This document shows, one piece after another, positions 25,691-26,683 of a DNA stretch of 26,683 nucleotides. The position numbers and the translations under genes are program-made. The notes beneath the pieces were generated by a model. The model did no database searches. It saw only the letters and a program-made list of their open reading frames with translations, and had not been told where the DNA came from. The number at the start of each line of letters is the position of its first letter. Position 1 is the stretch's first letter. The DNA is from Acutalibacteraceae bacterium (lineage in GTDB: Bacteria > Bacillota > Clostridia > Oscillospirales > Acutalibacteraceae): contig JAZUQA010000004.1 of the NCBI GenBank assembly GCA_045605425.1, positions 1 to 26,683 of the forward strand, given 5' to 3'.

Positions 25691-25765
25691 GCCTCCTTAG
25701 TTCAATGGATAGAATAAGCCCCTCCTAAGGGCTAGATATCGGTTCGATCCCGGTAGGGGGTGCCA
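25691..25765 (+). tRNA. tRNA-Arg (anticodon CCT), CCA encoded
   Basis: Manual cloverleaf. Acceptor GCCTCCT/AGGGGGT (two G-U). D-stem GTTC/GAAT with an AATGGATA loop. Anticodon stem AGCCC/GGGCT with loop CT-CCT-AA. Variable loop of 4 nt. T-arm ATCGG-TTCGATC-CCGGT. Discriminator G, then CCA. Confidence 0.9.
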
Positions 25766-25770
25766 TTTTT

Positions 25771-25820
25771 GAAGTCGAAAGCCCTTGATATATCAAGCGT
25801 TTTCGGCTTCTTTGTTTTTT
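25771..25820 (+). terminator. Strong intrinsic terminator downstream of tRNA-Arg
   Basis: A long hairpin pairs 25771-25788 with 25793-25810 (12 bp, one mismatch, then 5 bp, around the palindrome cttgatatatcaag). It is followed by tttgtttttt (25811-25820). Confidence 0.8.
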
Positions 25821-25854
25821 ATTAACTCATTGACATCCACCAAAATCGCATATT

Positions 25855-26018
25855 TTTGTTAGCAGAAATCGCCTCCCCAAGGCGGAATTACTTGAATTGT
25901 CCTTTCAATTTCAAGGTGAATGTCACTGCTAACATTTGTTAGCAGAAATTTTGAAATTTTGCTAACAAAATTTGCATTTTGCTAACACGAGAAAAAATCC
26001 CGAAGCTTTTTTGCTAAC
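25855..26018. promoter_or_regulatory. Six TGCTAAC/GTTAGCA iterons (candidate integrase arm-type, Xis or repressor binding sites)
   Basis: GTTAGCA lies at 25858-25864 and 25938-25944, both inside the identical 15-mer tttgttagcagaaat. TGCTAAC lies at 25927-25933, 25960-25966, 25980-25986 and 26012-26018, the last three as ttttgctaaca. The stretch 25927-25944 forms the palindrome tgctaaca-tt-tgttagca. Confidence 0.6.
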
Positions 26019-26073
26019 AAAAAAGTGATTGTTATTCAGTTAACTCGATATTTAATAAGGATATATAATAGTA

Positions 26074-26101
26074 AAAAGGCAATCCTCTCGGACTGCCTTT
26101 T
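26074..26101 (-). terminator. Hairpin terminator just downstream of the integrase stop
   Basis: aaaaggca (26074-26081) pairs with tgcctttt (26094-26101), with a 12-nt loop. On the minus strand the 3' arm ends in a short T-run. Confidence 0.45.
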
Positions 26102-26107
26102 CCATTT

Positions 26108-26683
26108 TTATAAAGATTTGGCTAATGCTTTTAGGAGTGCTGCTGCATCAGGGTTGGCTAATATCTTTGTGAGCAAAGCCACATTGTCATCTTCTTTTGG
26201 TTCTTCTGTGATTTCAGTTTCCTCATCTTCAACTACTGCCATTGTATCAAGTAATTCAATATTATTTGAAAATCTTGGCATTGGTGCCGTCTTACCCTCT
26301 TCGGTATTTCGTAATCCTTTTGTATTATAAAACTGTTCCTCAAATTTCTGTGCATTAAAGCGCCTATCTTCATCAATTATATGGCTATATACATCTGCAA
26401 CCATATCCATTCGTGCGTGACCTGAATCGCCTTGTACGGATTTCATATCTCCCCCGTTCCATTTTAGCTTGTATGTAATACTCGCATGACGGAAAGAGTG
26501 AAATACTATGGGCGGTAAATCATTGTCCGTAATGAGTTTTTTTAACGCTCTGCTGATTACTTGCGACTCCATTGGTCTGCCGGATGAATGACAAAAAACT
26601 AAATCGTAATCGGTGTATTCATCTCCGTATAACTCTTTCATTTCCTCAATTTGCTTTTTGCGTTCAGTAAGCATTGAAGCAAC
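26108..26683 (-). CDS. int: Tyrosine recombinase / phage-type integrase, C-terminal part (N-terminus beyond window end)
   Basis: The frame is open to the last base of the window; the M at 26674 is internal. The catalytic block has HSFRHAS (HxxR) and GHARMDMVADVYSH (His plus the Tyr nucleophile). It is followed by an unusually long (~90 aa) acidic tail ending LLKALAKSL. Confidence 0.85.
   Translation of the reverse strand, partial: VASMLTERKKQIEEMKELYGDEYTDYDLVFCHSSGRPMESQVISRALKKLITDNDLPPIVFHSFRHASITYKLKWNGGDMKSVQGDSGHARMDMVADVYSHIIDEDRRFNAQKFEEQFYNTKGLRNTEEGKTAPMPRFSNNIELLDTMAVVEDEETEITEEPKEDDNVALLTKILANPDAAALLKALAKSL

Larger units (their letters stand above)
25766..26683. mobile_element. 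Left end of a tRNA-Arg-associated integrated element (prophage, ICE or IME); the body lies beyond the window
   Basis: A tyrosine integrase reads toward the 3' end of tRNA-Arg. The iteron-rich non-coding arm between them has the classic attL-int layout. Confidence 0.65.

Noticed and set aside
25855-26018. Possible CRISPR array or CRISPR-like repeats (the TGCTAAC iterons, and also the ATTATTC heptads at 85-115 and 7631-7662)
   Set aside because: The repeats are only 7-15 nt, occur in mixed orientation and have irregular short spacing. No repeat-spacer periodicity of CRISPR size is present and there are no cas genes.
26025-26330. 101-aa plus-strand ORF overlapping the integrase 3' end
   Set aside because: It starts at a GTG inside the att-arm iteron region and lies antisense to the integrase tail. 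Its Ser-rich sequence mirrors the acidic tail codons.

Overview
This is a chromosomal segment from a spore-forming Firmicute, probably Clostridia-like (yaaL-bofA pair, GGAGG-type RBSs, translationally coupled operons). It is mostly core metabolism.

Gene content, left to right:
- AGCS amino-acid symporter (+)
- NhaC-family antiporter (-)
- GH78 alpha-L-rhamnosidase (-)
- ABC-F ATPase (-)
- manA (-)
- yaaL-bofA (+)
- GH95 fucosidase and a PHP phosphoesterase (-)
- An 8-gene aromatic amino-acid operon (+, 12.4-21.0 kb): aroF-tyrA-aroB-aroA-aroC-pheA-aroE/aroK-aroQ
- An ECF-type sigma factor with a membrane partner (-)
- An FGGY sugar kinase and a cyclase-family protein (+)
- tRNA-Arg(CCT), followed by the left edge of an integrated element whose tyrosine integrase runs off the window end

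Main observations not explained by the ORF track:
1. A 22-codon leader ORF with the run FFYFYFYF sits between a near-consensus promoter and a strong intrinsic terminator directly upstream of the aro operon. This looks like classical ribosome-mediated Phe/Tyr attenuation, which is unusual for this lineage.
2. A 272-bp MITE-like element with 25-bp terminal inverted repeats and TA flanks is inserted exactly in the pheA stop codon, in the middle of the operon.
3. Three families of structured intergenic repeats are present: a ~140-bp element in two copies, a shared 14-mer hairpin end, and a GTAG-headed REP/BIME-like hairpin cluster.
4. A DnaJ-type double CxxCxGxG zinc-finger module is fused to the N-terminus of the NhaC transporter.
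5. Two degenerate 5' halves of tRNA-Arg lie upstream of the intact gene, and six TGCTAAC iterons lie between the tRNA and the integrase.

No CRISPR array, rRNA or obvious defence or toxin system was seen.
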